NCBI GenBank assembly: GCA_002633005.1
Contig: NMRA01000121.1
Location: 129,877 to 193,876 of the forward strand
Length of the DNA: 64,000 nt
Source: Phoronis australis
Lineage: Eukaryota > Animalia > Phoronida
Direction of reading: 5' to 3'
Made by a program: the position numbers and the translations under genes. The notes below the pieces were generated by a model that did not search any database, had not been told where the DNA came from, and saw only the letters and a list, made by a program, of their open reading frames with translations. This document shows positions 51,380 through 64,000 of the stretch, piece after piece (the stretch's first letter is position 1; the number at the start of each line of letters is the position of its first letter).

Positions 51380-54300
51380 ACCCCACATTTCTTGATCTCT
51401 AACAGATGGTTAATCCTTCAAATTTCTGGAGTTCACTTATGTTGAGTATTTTACAAGCCTTGATGTTCATTTAATGACATTTTACAGACTCATTCATTTG
51501 TCCCATTTCAATGGACTCCACTAATTCAATGCACTCATTTGTTCAATTTGTGATGCATTACTCAATTCTGACTACAATCTCTGGGGGAATTAAAACCACT
51601 CTGATAAGTGGTGGTGTACACAAATCGAGTCACCCATTTTGTTGTTCCATCATGTTATACAATGGTGTTGGATACAAGTTTCTTTCCTCACATATTGGAG
51701 ACACGACGTTGTCCGTGATAACAATGAATTCCATAATTTTAGAATTTGTGAAAAAGGAACCACCACTAGATGCAGCATCAAATATCTGTAATCCCAACTT
51801 AATGCTAGCAGACCACTTCTCCCACCAGTGAATAGTGGGCATTAAAAAAAGAAAGACAAAATGCTGCGTTGCCCTTTGCCTCAGGATGGTGAGTGAACTT
51901 CAGATTTAGCCAAAGCTGGGTCTGGAAGTTATTNCTAGTGGCAGTTTTTTTTCGCCTATGGCTGTATCTCCTAAACCGTTCGCAGGATCTTTACGAAATT
52001 GTGCAAGTATAGTTATATGATGTTAACAACGGAACATGACGACTTTTGGACGGATCCGACTACCGGTGTGTCCACTAGTGGCAGTTTTAGTTTTTTTACG
52101 CTTACCTTTGTATCTTCAAAAGTCCTGAACGGATTTTCATGAAATTTGGTATGTAGGCATCTATTAGTAAGATGACGCTATCCTCCCGTTTTCAGATGGA
52201 TTCGACATAGTTTGCGCCACCTAGTGGCCATTTTTACTGTTCGAGTCTGTATTTTTGCGTCCACCTCTCTATCAACCAAACCGCTCAATGGATGATTGTG
52301 AAAATTGGCATGTATGTGCTTACTATAAAGAAGACAGCTGACAATGATTTTCAGACGATTTGGACTACTGTGGCGCCTCCTAGTGGCAGTTTTGTTTTAT
52401 GCGCCTATGGCTGTATCTCCTAAACCGTTCGCAGGATCTTTACGAAATTTAATGCCTTTCCATTTTGAAAAGTACAACATACTACATATATGCCCTCTAC
52501 TGGCCACTTTATGGTACCAATAAACAACCCTAGAAGGATACCGTATACGATGCACTTGTGGGCACATTTCAATGCTCTGCGTTGCTCTTGTAAGTTCAAG
52601 TTAATGACACTATTCAGACTCATTCAATGACCTCTATTAACCTTTTGTACTTTATGTAGGTTTTTTAACTTTTACCAAAATAGGACATCGGTAACCCCAC
52701 ATTTCTTGATCTGTAACAGATGGTTAATCCTTCAAATTTCTGGAGTTCACTTATGTTGAGTATTTTACAAGTCTTGATGTTCATTTAATGACATTTTACA
52801 GACTCATTCATTTGTCCCATTTCAATGGACTCCACTAATTCAATGCGCTCATTTGTACAATCTTTGGGGGAATTAAAATCACTCTGATAAGCGGTGGTGT
52901 ACACAAATCGAGTAACCCATTTTGTTGTTCCATCATGTTATACAATGGTGTTGGATACAAGTTTCTTTCCTCACATATTGGAGACACAACGTTGTCCGTG
53001 ATAACAATGAATTCCATAATTTTAGAATTTGTGAAAAAGGAACCACCACTAGATGCAGCATAAAATATCTGTAATCCCAACTTAATGCTAGCAGACCACT
53101 TCTCCCACCAGTGAATAGTGGGCATTAAAAAAAGAAAGACAAAATGCTGCATTGCCCTTTGCCTCAGGATGGTGAATGAACTTCAGATTTAGCCAAAGCT
53201 GGGTCAGGAAGTTATTTTTATGAGTACTGTAGTTGTAAAGAAAGCTATGGTTTTGATTGCCGTGTTTGATCAACATGTTCCCTTGGGCAGAATACAAGGT
53301 CAGCTAGCAATTCAATTCGTAGTCTCGTGCTCATTCACCACCCCTACCTTCCTTTTTCACTTGTTAAACGAATTGTCATATTTAACACACTTTCAATTAG
53401 TAGCTAGGTTTCCTTTCTTTCTAACATATTCCAGTTGAATTCATTCAATACTTTTCATAAACTTGTTCATTCCCGAAATTTTTAGAATTCAACTCAGTGC
53501 ATTTGATGGGTGCAATCAGATAGTCCCTATTTCCATCAATGTTTTGCATTGGCAGGACACGTTTGACCAGCAACTCTGTAGGACTTTACCTCGACATTAA
53601 CTCATCTTGATACTTCATGGGCCATTTGGTTTTCCCATTTTATAGTTTTAGTTTTAGCATTATACTTCCCTGCACTCAACACCTTTGTTTATTTTGCATG
53701 TTCTATCATGCTATACTCTGGTTTTATTGTTGATTTGTGATATTTTGGAGATACATCAATTCCTCCAATATTATGGCCGCACTTCACAAGACTCCATTAA
53801 GTTTAAGCACTATTTCTTCAATCCGTAAAGCTTCTACCATTCAAATCTCGGTTCATTCTTTGGGAAGTTTAAGAGCATTCTGATAACCAATGGAGTACAT
53901 AAGTCAAATCGCCCCTTTGTGATGCTCAGGCTACATGATACCTTGGGGTGCATTCAAAGTCTATTTCATGAGCTCATTCAATTTTCAGAATTTACACATG
54001 ATCTCCATTAACCCTTGGCATTTGTGATGTTTCTTGAAGGAGTTCCACGTTGCGACTAACTCATATTTCGTGGGTCCTTTGCTTTTTTGCTTTTTCTAGG
54101 TTTACTATTATATTTAGCATTTTGCTTCTGAATCCTCAAACTCTATCCCATAGTTACTTTTACAGATTCTGTCAACATTCTATACCGGCATATTGATTGT
54201 GGTATTTTTAGGTGATTATTAATTCGGCAGACATCATTGTACCATTAATTTGTTCTGCTCTACGAATTCTGAATTCCTTACTTTTTACAAACAAAATTAT

Positions 54301-57300
54301 TTCTCACCTTTTAATGGTTTGTCAATTCACCACATCTCATGACTTCAATTATAACATTCTCCATTTCCACTTTCATCAATAAATACATTCTTTTGGTGAA
54401 TGTTTCTTTATCGATGCGATTGCAGATTCATCAATTCTGTGAGATAATTTATGTTTATAATTTACAGGTCATTTTTTCTCTGTATGTATGATGACACTTT
54501 ACATAATTCACTCAATTATCGCATTTCACATGATTCCATTAACTTGGCCCAATGTTTAGTTTAACTCATAATCCATTACCCCATTCAAAATTCACAATGA
54601 CTACATTCTTTGGGAGACATATGGTAACTGTAATATCACTTTGGCAAGCATTGGTCAAGTCCTTATTTTATTTTACCAGCCTGTTATACAATGGTGTCTG
54701 GCACAATTCAACAAAGAGGCACAAGTTGTTTTTCTCACATATGCAACACACAATATTACATGCCAGTGATAAATAAGAATTCCATAATTTGACAATTTCT
54801 TTAGAAAGGAACCACCACTTGATGTAGCACAAAATAATTCCAGTAAACCCTACTTGGCTCACCAGATTACCACAGATGGTTAATCCGTCCAATTTCTTGA
54901 GTTCATTTATGTTTAGTATTTACACTGAGGTCTTTTATTTTGATATTCATTTCACAACATTTTACAGACTCATTCATTTGTCCCATTTCAATGGACTCCA
55001 CTAATTCAATGCACTTATTTGTTCAATTTGTGATGCATTACTCAATTCTGACTACAATCTTTGGGGGAATTAAAATCACTCTGATAAGCGGTGGTGTACA
55101 CAAAACGAGTCACCCATTTTGTTGTTTCATCACGTTATACAATGGTGTTGGATACAAGTTTCTTTTCTCACGTATTGGAGACACAATGTTTTCCGTGATA
55201 ACAATGAATTCCATAATTTTAGAATTTGTGAAAAAGGAACCACCACTAGATGCAGCATAAAATATCAGTAATCTCAACTAAATGCTACCTGACCACTTCT
55301 CCCAACAGTGAATGATGGGCATTAAAAAAAGAAAGAAAAAATGCTGCGTTGCCCTTTGCCTCAGGATGGTGGGTGAACTTCAGATTTACCCAAAGCTGGG
55401 TCCGGAAGTTATTTTTATGAATACTGTAGTTGTAAAGAAAGCCATAGTTTCTATTGCCATGTTTGATCAACATGTTCCCTTGGGCTGAATTCAAAGTTCG
55501 CTAGCAATTCAATTCGTAGTCTCGTGCTCATTCACCACCCCTACCTTCCTTTTTCACATGTTAAAACAAATAACACACTTTCAATTAGTAGGTTTCCTTT
55601 CTTTGTAACATATTCCAGCTGTATTCATTCCATACTTTTCATAAACTTGTTCATTCCTGAAATTTTAAGAATTCAACTCAGTGCACTTGATGGCTGCAAT
55701 CAGTAGTCCCTATTTCCATCAACGTTTTATATTGGCGAGACGCATTTGACCAACAACTCTGTAGGACTTTACCCCGACATTAACTCATCTTGATACTTCA
55801 TGGGCCATTTGGTTTTCACATTTTATAGTTTCATTTATTTTTAGCATTATACTTCCCTCCACTAAACTCCTTTGTTTATTTTGCATGTTCTATCATGCTA
55901 TACTCTGGTTTTATTGTTGATTTGTGATATTTTGGAGATACATCAATTCCTCAGATATTATTGCCACACTTCACAAGACTCCATTAAGTTTATGCACTAT
56001 TTCTTTGATCCGTGAAGCTTCTACCGTTCAAATCTCGGTTCATTCTTTGGGAAGTTTAAGAGCATTCTGATAACCAATGGTGTACATAAGACAAATCGCC
56101 CCTTTGTGATGCTCAGGCTACATGATACCTTGGGGTGCATTCAAAGTCTATTTCATTAGCTCATTCAATTTTCAGAATTTACACATGATCTCCATTAACC
56201 TTTGGCATTTGTGATGTTTCTTGAAGGAGTTCCACGTTGCGGCTAACTCGTATTTCATGGGACCATTGCTTTTTTGCTTTTTCTAGGTTCACTAATATTT
56301 AGCATTTTGCTTCTGAATCCTCAAACTCTATACGATAGTTAATTTTACAGATTCTGTCAACATGCTATACCGGCATATTGATTGTGGTATTTTTAAGTGA
56401 TTATTAATTCGGTAGACATCGTTGTACCATTAAATTGTTCTGCTCTACGAATTCTGAATTCCTTACTTTTAACAAACCAATTATTTCTCACCTTTTAATG
56501 GTTTGTCAATTCACATCTCATGACTCCAATTATAACATTCTCCATATCCACTTTCATCAATAAATACATTCTTTTGGTGAATGATTCTTTATCGATACTA
56601 TTGCAGATTCATTAAATTTTGTGAGATAATTTATGTTTATAATTTACTGGTCATTTTTTCTTTGTATATATGATGACACTTTACATAATTCACTCAATTA
56701 TCGCATTTCACATGATTCCATTAACTTGGCCCAATGTTTAATTCAACTCATAATCCATTACCCCATTCAAAATTCACAATGACTATATTGTTTGAGAGCC
56801 ATATGGTAACTGTAATATCACTTTGGTAAGCATTGGTCAAGTCCCTATTTTGTTTTACCAGCCTGTTATACAATAGTGTCTGGAACAATTCAACAAAGGA
56901 GCACAAGTTGTTTTTCTCACACATGCAACACACAATATTACTTGTCAGTGATAAATAAGAATTCCATAATTTGACAACTTGTTTAGAAAGGAGCCACCAC
57001 TTGATGTAGCACAAAATAATTCCAGTAAACTCTACTTGGCTCACCAGATTTCCACAGATGGTTAATCCGTCCAATTTCTGGAGTTCGTTTATGTTTAGTA
57101 TTTTACAGGTCTTTTATTTTTATATTCATTTAACAGCATTTTACAGACTCATTCATTAATGTCCCATTTCAATGGACTCCACTAATTCAATGCGCTCATT
57201 TGTACAATCTTTGGGGGAATTAAAATCACTCTGATAAGTGGTTGTGTACACAAAACGAGTCACCCATTTTGTTGTTTCATCATGTTATACAATGGTGTTG

Positions 57301-60300
57301 GATACAACTTTCTTTTCTCACATATTGGAGACACAACATTTTCCGTGATAACAATGAATTCCATAATTTTAGAATTGTGAAAAAGGAACCACCACTAGAT
57401 GCAGCATAAAATATCTGTAATCCCAACTAAATGCTAGCTGACCACTTCTCCCAACAGTGAATGATGGGCATTAAAAAAGAAAGAAAAAATGCTGCGTTGC
57501 CCTTTGCCTCAGGATGGTGAATGAACTTCAGATTTAGCCAAAGCTGGGTCCGGAAGTTATTTTTATGAATACAATAGTTTTTAAAGAAAGCCATGGTTTT
57601 GATTGCCATGTTTTATCAACATGTTCCCTTGGGCTGAATTCAAAGTTAGCTAGCAATTCAATTCGTAGTCTCATGCTCATTCACCACCCCTACCTTCCTT
57701 TTTCACTTGTTAAAACAAATTGTCACATTTAACACACTTTCCTTTCAATTAGTAGGTTTCATTTCTTTTTAATATATTCCAGCTGTATTCATTCAATACT
57801 TTTCATCAACTTGTTCATTCCCGAAATTTTTAGAATTCAACTGGTTGCACTCAGTTGTCCCTATTTCCATCAACGTTTTGCATTGGTGAGACACGTTTGA
57901 CCAGCAACTCTGTAGGACTTTACCCCGACATTAACACATCTTGATACTTCATGGGCCATTTGGTTTCCACATTTTATAGTTTCATTTATTTTTAGCATTA
58001 TACTTCCCTGCACTCAACACCTTTGTTTATTTTGCAGGCTCTATCATGCTATACTCTGGTTTTATTGTTGATTTGTGATATTTTGGAGATACATCAATTC
58101 CTCAGATATTATTGCCACACTTCACAAGACTCCATTAAGTTGATGCACTATTTCTTTGATCCGTGAAGCTTCTACCGTTCAAATCTCGGTTCATTCTTTG
58201 GGAAGTTTAAGAGCATTCTGATAACCAATGGTGTACATAAGCCAAATCGCCCCTTTGTGATGCTCAGTCTACATGATACCTTGGGGTGCATTCAAAGTCT
58301 ATTTCATGAGCTCATTCAATTTTCAGAATTTAAACATGATCTCTATTAACCTTTGGCATTTGTGATGTTTCTTGAAGGAGTTCCACGTTGCGGCTAACTC
58401 GTATTTCGTGGGACCATTGCTTTTTTGCTTTTTCTAGGTTCACTAATATTTAGCATTTTGCTTCTGAATCCTCAAACTCTATCCGATAGTTAATTTTACA
58501 GATTCTGTCAACATTCTGTACCGGCATATTGATTGTGGTAATTTTAGGTGATTATTAATTCGGCAGACATCGTTGTACCATTAATTTTTTCTGCTCTACG
58601 AATTCTGAATTCCTTACTTTTTACAAACAAAATTATTTCTCACCTTTTAATGGTTTGTCAATTCACCACATCTCATGACTCCAATTATAACATTCTCCAT
58701 TTCCACTTTCATCAATAAATACATAATTTTGGTGAATGTTTCTTTAACAATGCGATTGCAGATTCATTAAATTCTGTGAGATAATTTATGGTTATAATTT
58801 ACTGGTCATTTTTTTCTCTATATATATGATTACACTTTACATAATTCACTCAATTATCGCATTTCACATGATTCCATTAACTTGGCCCAATGTTTAGTTC
58901 AACTCATACTCCATTACCCCATTCAAAATTCACATTGACTATATTCTTTGGGAGACATGGTATCTGTAATATCACTTTGGCAAGCAATGGTGAAGCCCCT
59001 ATTTTGTTTTACCAGCCTGTTATACAATGGTGTCTGGCACAATTCAACAAAGAAGCACAAGTTGTTTTTCTTACACATGCAACACACAATATTACTTGCC
59101 AGTGATAAACAAAAATTCCATAATTTGACAATTTGTTTAGAAAGGAGCCACCACTTGATGTAGCTCAAAATAATTCCAGTAAACCCTACTTGACTCACCA
59201 GATTTCCACAGATGGTTAATCCCTCCGATTTCTGGAGTTCGTTTATGTTTAGTATTTTACAGGTCTTTTATTTTGATGTTCATTTAACAACATTTTACAG
59301 ACTAATTCATTTGTCCCATTTCAATGGACTCCACTAATTCAATGCGCTCATTTGTACAATCTTTGGGGGAATTAAAATCACTCTGATAAGTGGTGGTGTA
59401 CACAAAACGAGTCACCCATTTTGTTGTTCCATCATGTTATACAATGGTGTTGGATACAAGTTTCTTTTCCACATATTGGAGACACAGCGTTTTCCGTGAT
59501 AACAATGAATTCCATAATTTTAGAATTTGTGAAAAAGGAACCACCACTAGATGCAGCATAAAATATCTGTAATCCCAACTTAATGCTAGCAGACCACTTC
59601 TCCCACCAGTGAATAGTGGGCATTAAAAAAAGAAAGAAAAAATGCTGCGTTGCCCTTTGCCTCAGGATGGTGAATGAACTTCAGATTTAGCCAAAGCTGG
59701 GTCCGGAAGTTATTTTTATGAATACTATAGTTGTAAAGAAAGCTATGGTTATGATTGCCATGTTTGATCAACATGTTCCCTTGGGCTGAATTCAAAGTCA
59801 GGTAGCAATTCAATTCGTAGTCTCGTGCTCATTCACCACCCCTACCTTCCTTTTTCACTTGTTAAACGAATTGTCATATTTAACACACTTTCAATTAGTA
59901 GGTTTCTTTTCTTTGTAACATATTCCAGTTGAATTCATTCAATACCTTTCATAAACTTCTTCATTCCCGAAATTTTTAGAATTCAACTCAGTGCATTTGA
60001 TGGGTGCAATCAGTTGTCCCTATTTCCATGAACATTTTGCATTGGCGAGACACGTTTGACCAGCAACTCTGTAGGACTTTACCCTGATATTAACACATCT
60101 TGATACTTCATGGGCCATTTGGTTTTCGCATTTTATAGTTTCATTTATTTTTAGCATTATACTTCCCTGCACTCAACACCCTTGTTTATTTTGCAGGTTC
60201 TATCATGCTATACTGGTTTTATTGTTGATTTGTGATATTTTGGAGATACATAAATTCCTTATTGCCACATTTCACAAGACTCCATTACGTTCATGCATTA

Positions 60301-60380
60301 TTTCTTCAATCCGTGAAGCATTTTGCCATTCAAATCTCTGTGCATTCTTTGGGAATGTTTAGAGCATTCTGATAACCATT
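51380..60380 (-). repeat. ~2.15-2.2-kb tandem macrosatellite, right arm (about 3.5-4 units, reverse orientation)
   Basis: Marker attcaccacccctacc at 53333, 55530, 57679 and 59831 (periods 2197, 2149, 2152). Confidence 0.92.
51935..52591 (+). mobile_element. 3' part of the same HINE-like element (probably an allelic or overlapping contig copy of 50620-51278)
   Basis: Starts at single N 51934; same 3' end and same downstream flank as the 50161-51278 copy. Confidence 0.7.
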
Positions 60381-61267
60381 CATTTTGCTTTGTCGTATCT
60401 CAGTTTTATGACATTTTACGCATTAATTAATGTCCCCTATTCTATTAGTCCATTATTTTTTTCATTTGATATTTCATTTGATGTATACTATATTTTTTAT
60501 CATTAACTCATACCTTATTGGTTCATTTTCACATTTTGGATTATTTTTCGCATTTAGCTTCATCACTCAACAGTTTCAATTACTCATAGCATTTAATAAT
60601 TTCTTGCAATTTCATCATTAATTCGCCATGTGTTACAAACTCATTAAGCGTTGCATTAAGAGAATTGTCATCAGCCCACCGTCTTTGTATTCACCTCCTC
60701 GAAACAGGATATTGACAGAAAAATTCCCAATATTGATGGTGAAGAATTTACCTTTAATCTTGCAACAGTCCAGTCATTACCTAACGTGAATATGCCTTGG
60801 TATTTCCTTGATTCGTTTATTTTTCACAATCATTTTTTTTCATCGCACTCAACGGCTTCACTTAATCATAGCATGGTACGGATTCATCAGTTGTGTTCAA
60901 TTTGGGCCACCTCATGTTTCTTTGTATTGCATTTAACTGATTGATATTTCGTTCATTCATAAATTCTCACACTCTTTGGATTCAATTATTTCTCTCATTT
61001 TATTCATTACTCTCAACCAGTTTGTTTAGATGTAACACTTTACGGGGTCATGCTTTTTTCAATTGCTTTTTCCAGCATACGGGTGCCACAATGTGTTACC
61101 GTCTCATTTTAGAAGTTTGTTGTGCTCCATCACAACCTGAAGTCCACTTGATATTGTACGCATTCATTAAAGCTTCTCATTTCATCAGTTCACGAGTTTT
61201 CCATATTTCATAATTTCGTTTCATTTGCAGGCTTTTGTCATTAACTCATATTTTATTGGTTCTTTAA

Positions 61268-62912
61268 AGGAGAATGCCACCCGACTTAACTTAGTCTTTT
61301 GCCGTCTTAATCGGTCTATATCCACATCGCCTCGCATACGGTCGAGTTTACTTTGCCAAGAGGTGTCGCGTTAACCTGTGAGGAAGGTGAGAAACGACGC
61401 TAGCGACGTCAGTGGTTCATATGCAGAGTGAATGCCGCTATGTTGCGGTGCATCGTTCCCGCTTGTCCGAACTAAGCAGCTGCGAGGAAAGCGGGTATAT
61501 CGTTTTTTTTTACTTCCTCGAGAGTTCGAAATGCTTAGGTAGTGGCTCATGGTAGTGAAGAATGAAAGGTACGCTGTAAATAGCAAGTATGAGGCTGTGA
61601 AACATCTCCGTGTCTGTGGCCTGCAGATCGACATCGACAGTACTGCCTCAGTGACGAATGCCGGCTTGCCAAATAACTCCATGTTCTCTCTAGTATTTCT
61701 TCATCACTGTATTCCTGTTCGAATTGATAGCATGTAAAACTTAACGGATCCACCTGCGAAGTCGGGACTGATGAGCTCTAGCTCGTCCTAAGTCGGGATT
61801 GCGTGTTGCCATGTTGGCGTTTATTACTGAGTGTTCTGATTACTGAGCGTTCTGTTTCAAAATGAATTATTCTCACCCTAACCAACTGAAACAAAGTCTG
61901 ACTCATTAGATGCAATTTGTAATGCCTTTGGAGTGTTCGTGAGAGCAAATGATTTGAGAAGCCAGCAATGAATATATCACTGCGAGTTACCGACTTTAGG
62001 TGCAATAAAACTAATTGACGGGACACCGAGGCCGTGTGAGCTCATGCTAATTTAGTGTTTGCTGGCAGAAACTGTTGTGAAACAACTCGATTTCCATCCC
62101 ACGGCTAGGTGTTAGGGGAATCTTTATTTACGTTTACATTACTCAAATAAGGATTGTCAATGTACAACTTCTGCCCTGACGGTGCTGTGGCCAAAGCGGA
62201 ACCCGAGTGAATTCGCGCCCCCGACGAGTAAGTAGATTTGCTAATTCACCAACATAATCACATGCACATTACTTTGGCTCACTAGTATAGTATTTTCTTG
62301 ACTGAAAGTTTAGTTTCCACTGAACCTTGGCTGGTTTATGTTCGTAATGTCTGATCAGTTTCCGAGCCACTGGCCGGGATAACAATGAAGTCAATCCGGC
62401 CGGCCGTGACGGGCCTGATTGGGCTCCGAGCCACTGGCCAGGATAACAAGCAATTTGTGTTTAGAACTCAAAAAATCATTAATCTAAACAACACAGATCT
62501 AGGTTCTCCTGTCTGTATCTCACGGAAAATACTTCGAAATTATCTCCGAACAGACCCCAAACTCCTGCTACGGACCTTATTGGCCTGCCGAACTTTGTAC
62601 GCTACGATGTGTCCATTTAATAAATCCGTAACAGCGAAATAAAACAACACGTTTTTATAAAAACTCGGTGTATTTTTAAGGGTTTTACATCGAAGTTGTT
62701 AAACGATGACTTCAAGCGATAAGCTGACACCAGTAACCCGTGTTGTGAACTGCTGAACAGACTGCGTGTGAAACCGATGACGTTATTGGATAATTTCAAC
62801 ACCTCCGTCTGCCGTCAGGTGTCAGGTAACGCAACCGTACGTGTCGTTATGGAGTAGAACTACTCTATCTGAATTGATACAAATTAGGTTGTTTTTTGGG
62901 TGGCATGCTCCT
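61268..62912. mobile_element. Kolobok-type DNA transposon, non-autonomous, 1645 bp
   Basis: TTAA TSD (61264-61267 and 62913-62916) and 15-bp TIRs AGGAGAATGCCACCC / GGGTGGCATGCTCCT (14/15 match, AGG..CCT termini). A single TTAA empty site sits at 33142-33145 in the mirrored arm. Confidence 0.88.
61371..61753 (-). pseudogene. Decayed KolX-like (P2X7 C-terminal / nanor-like Cys-rich) coding remnant inside the Kolobok element
   Basis: Two overlapping minus frames give YQFEQEYSDEE..YCRC / LFTAYLSF..HYL..KKKRYTRFPRSCLV..PQHSGIHSAY. This resembles, in order, the family motifs YxFEP, WCxC, YTAYRQF, GYLG..R..LPSCVV, FP...G.Y.GF (recalled, not searched). Confidence 0.55.
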
Positions 62913-64000
62913 TTAACTTTCGTATGTTTTGGGTAACTTATTTTTTGATTTAGCTTCGTCACTCAATGGTTTCAATTAGTCATGGTATTTCATGGATTCC
63001 TCAATTTCATACTATTTCACCATTAATTCATCACACGTTACGAATTCATTAACCAATGACACAAAAAGAATTGTCATCAGCTCACCAGGCAAGACTAAAC
63101 CCAGTTAGCAAGTCTGAATGTAATGCCCCGTTGTTTCTTCAGTTCAGTAGCAATGATGATAATATCTACTCGAATAATATCCTCTGTTGAGAAAACTCAA
63201 AGAAAAAGATTCCGCTTTTCATGGGGAAAGACTTTACTCGTTTAACTTGATTGGCATTCTGTCGTGAGAAACTCGAGAGGAAACTTTACCCTCTTCACGA
63301 GGAGGACTTTATCCGGTTAACAAGTCCCAATACTCCCCGTTATTTCCTCGGTTATTACTAATCCAGGGACACCTGAGTGACATGCTCCTCATAATTCACA
63401 CTTTGCTGCTCCACATCCCCATGCAAAAAAATCATGTCATCATCATATTCATGTCTCAGCACATAGCCCCACTCATCCTAAACATGCCCACACACATTCA
63501 TATTACCTTGTCCATCGATACATGTCAATCATAGGCGCTGATGCTGGAAGTCAGGTTGCTGATGGTAGATATAGCCATCCCCCATCCCATCCTCCTCAAT
63601 CTTTGCTAGAGTTAATGGCTGAAACTAGGCATTGGTATCCCTGAACTCCTCGAGTGCACAGCCATCAATGCACAAACAACGGCGCGCATATTTCTCGACG
63701 CATAGATGTTCAACATGTGAACAGTTAACGACGTATGTGAACAGTTAACGACGTATACAGCAGAAGTACTGAGACTGAATCAGCAGGAAATCTTGACCAC
63801 TGAGAGCTAATTCGGCCATCTTATTGGTGAATTCTCGATCAATCATCTGATCCCTTTGGTGTGTATTATGCAATCCCTTTATCAACTGTGCAGGCACCAA
63901 AGAGTGTCCATACATCAAAGCCTTCCATATAATCTTCAAATAAGGACTGTTCGCACATCGACACCTGATGTCAACTCTTCGCATGTCAACCATTCACACA

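Larger units (their letters stand above)
30353..64000. mobile_element. Giant foldback / inverted-repeat structure; left end uncertain, right end beyond the window
   Basis: 64000 pairs with 32040. The reverse-complement match continues through an outer segment present once per arm (32040-34040 vs 60380-64000, minus the Kolobok insert), the macrosatellite and an inner segment (39780-40225 vs 49165-49550). Mirrored ORFs 32047-32295(+) and 63745-63993(-) differ by 1 aa. Confidence 0.75.

Noticed and set aside
37059-59813. Recurrent ORFs MDSTNSM..., MNSAQGNML..., MDGLTICG... as a tandem gene family
   Set aside because: They recur only because the 2.2-kb unit is repeated. They occur on both strands, are broken by frameshifts or stops in several copies, and have no recognisable domain.
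62500-62640. Second KolX-like patch (YGFIKWTH...IISKYFP) on the minus strand
   Set aside because: Contains stops and lies in the wrong order relative to the N-terminal motif; likely coincidence

Overview
AT-rich, intron-containing eukaryotic draft scaffold, probably an invertebrate deuterostome (inference from protein similarity and repeat types). It has several N gaps and single-N contig joins. Bases 1-25.2 kb hold two convergent spliced genes: the last 19 coding exons of NSMAF/FAN (BEACH + WD40, + strand, stop at 15172) and a complete 5-exon, 100-aa ENY2/Sus1 (- strand). Their introns contain tRNA-derived SINEs, MITE-like palindromes and a Helentron-type non-autonomous element. From about 30.35 kb to the end, the window is dominated by a giant inverted repeat (base 32040 pairs with base 64000, and the right arm runs off the window). 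Its arms are layered: a hairpin-bearing 76-bp satellite (visible on the left only), an outer segment present once per arm, a ~2.2-kb higher-order macrosatellite, and a 26-bp CCAAT-box minisatellite that flips orientation near 40620. The right arm carries a 1645-bp Kolobok-type insertion with a decayed KolX-like frame, whose empty site is visible in the left arm. It also carries a HINE/DINE-1-like element whose internal repeats each contain a CTCF-consensus motif. Most ORF-track entries are spurious. All coordinates were read by eye, and repeat boundaries are approximate.
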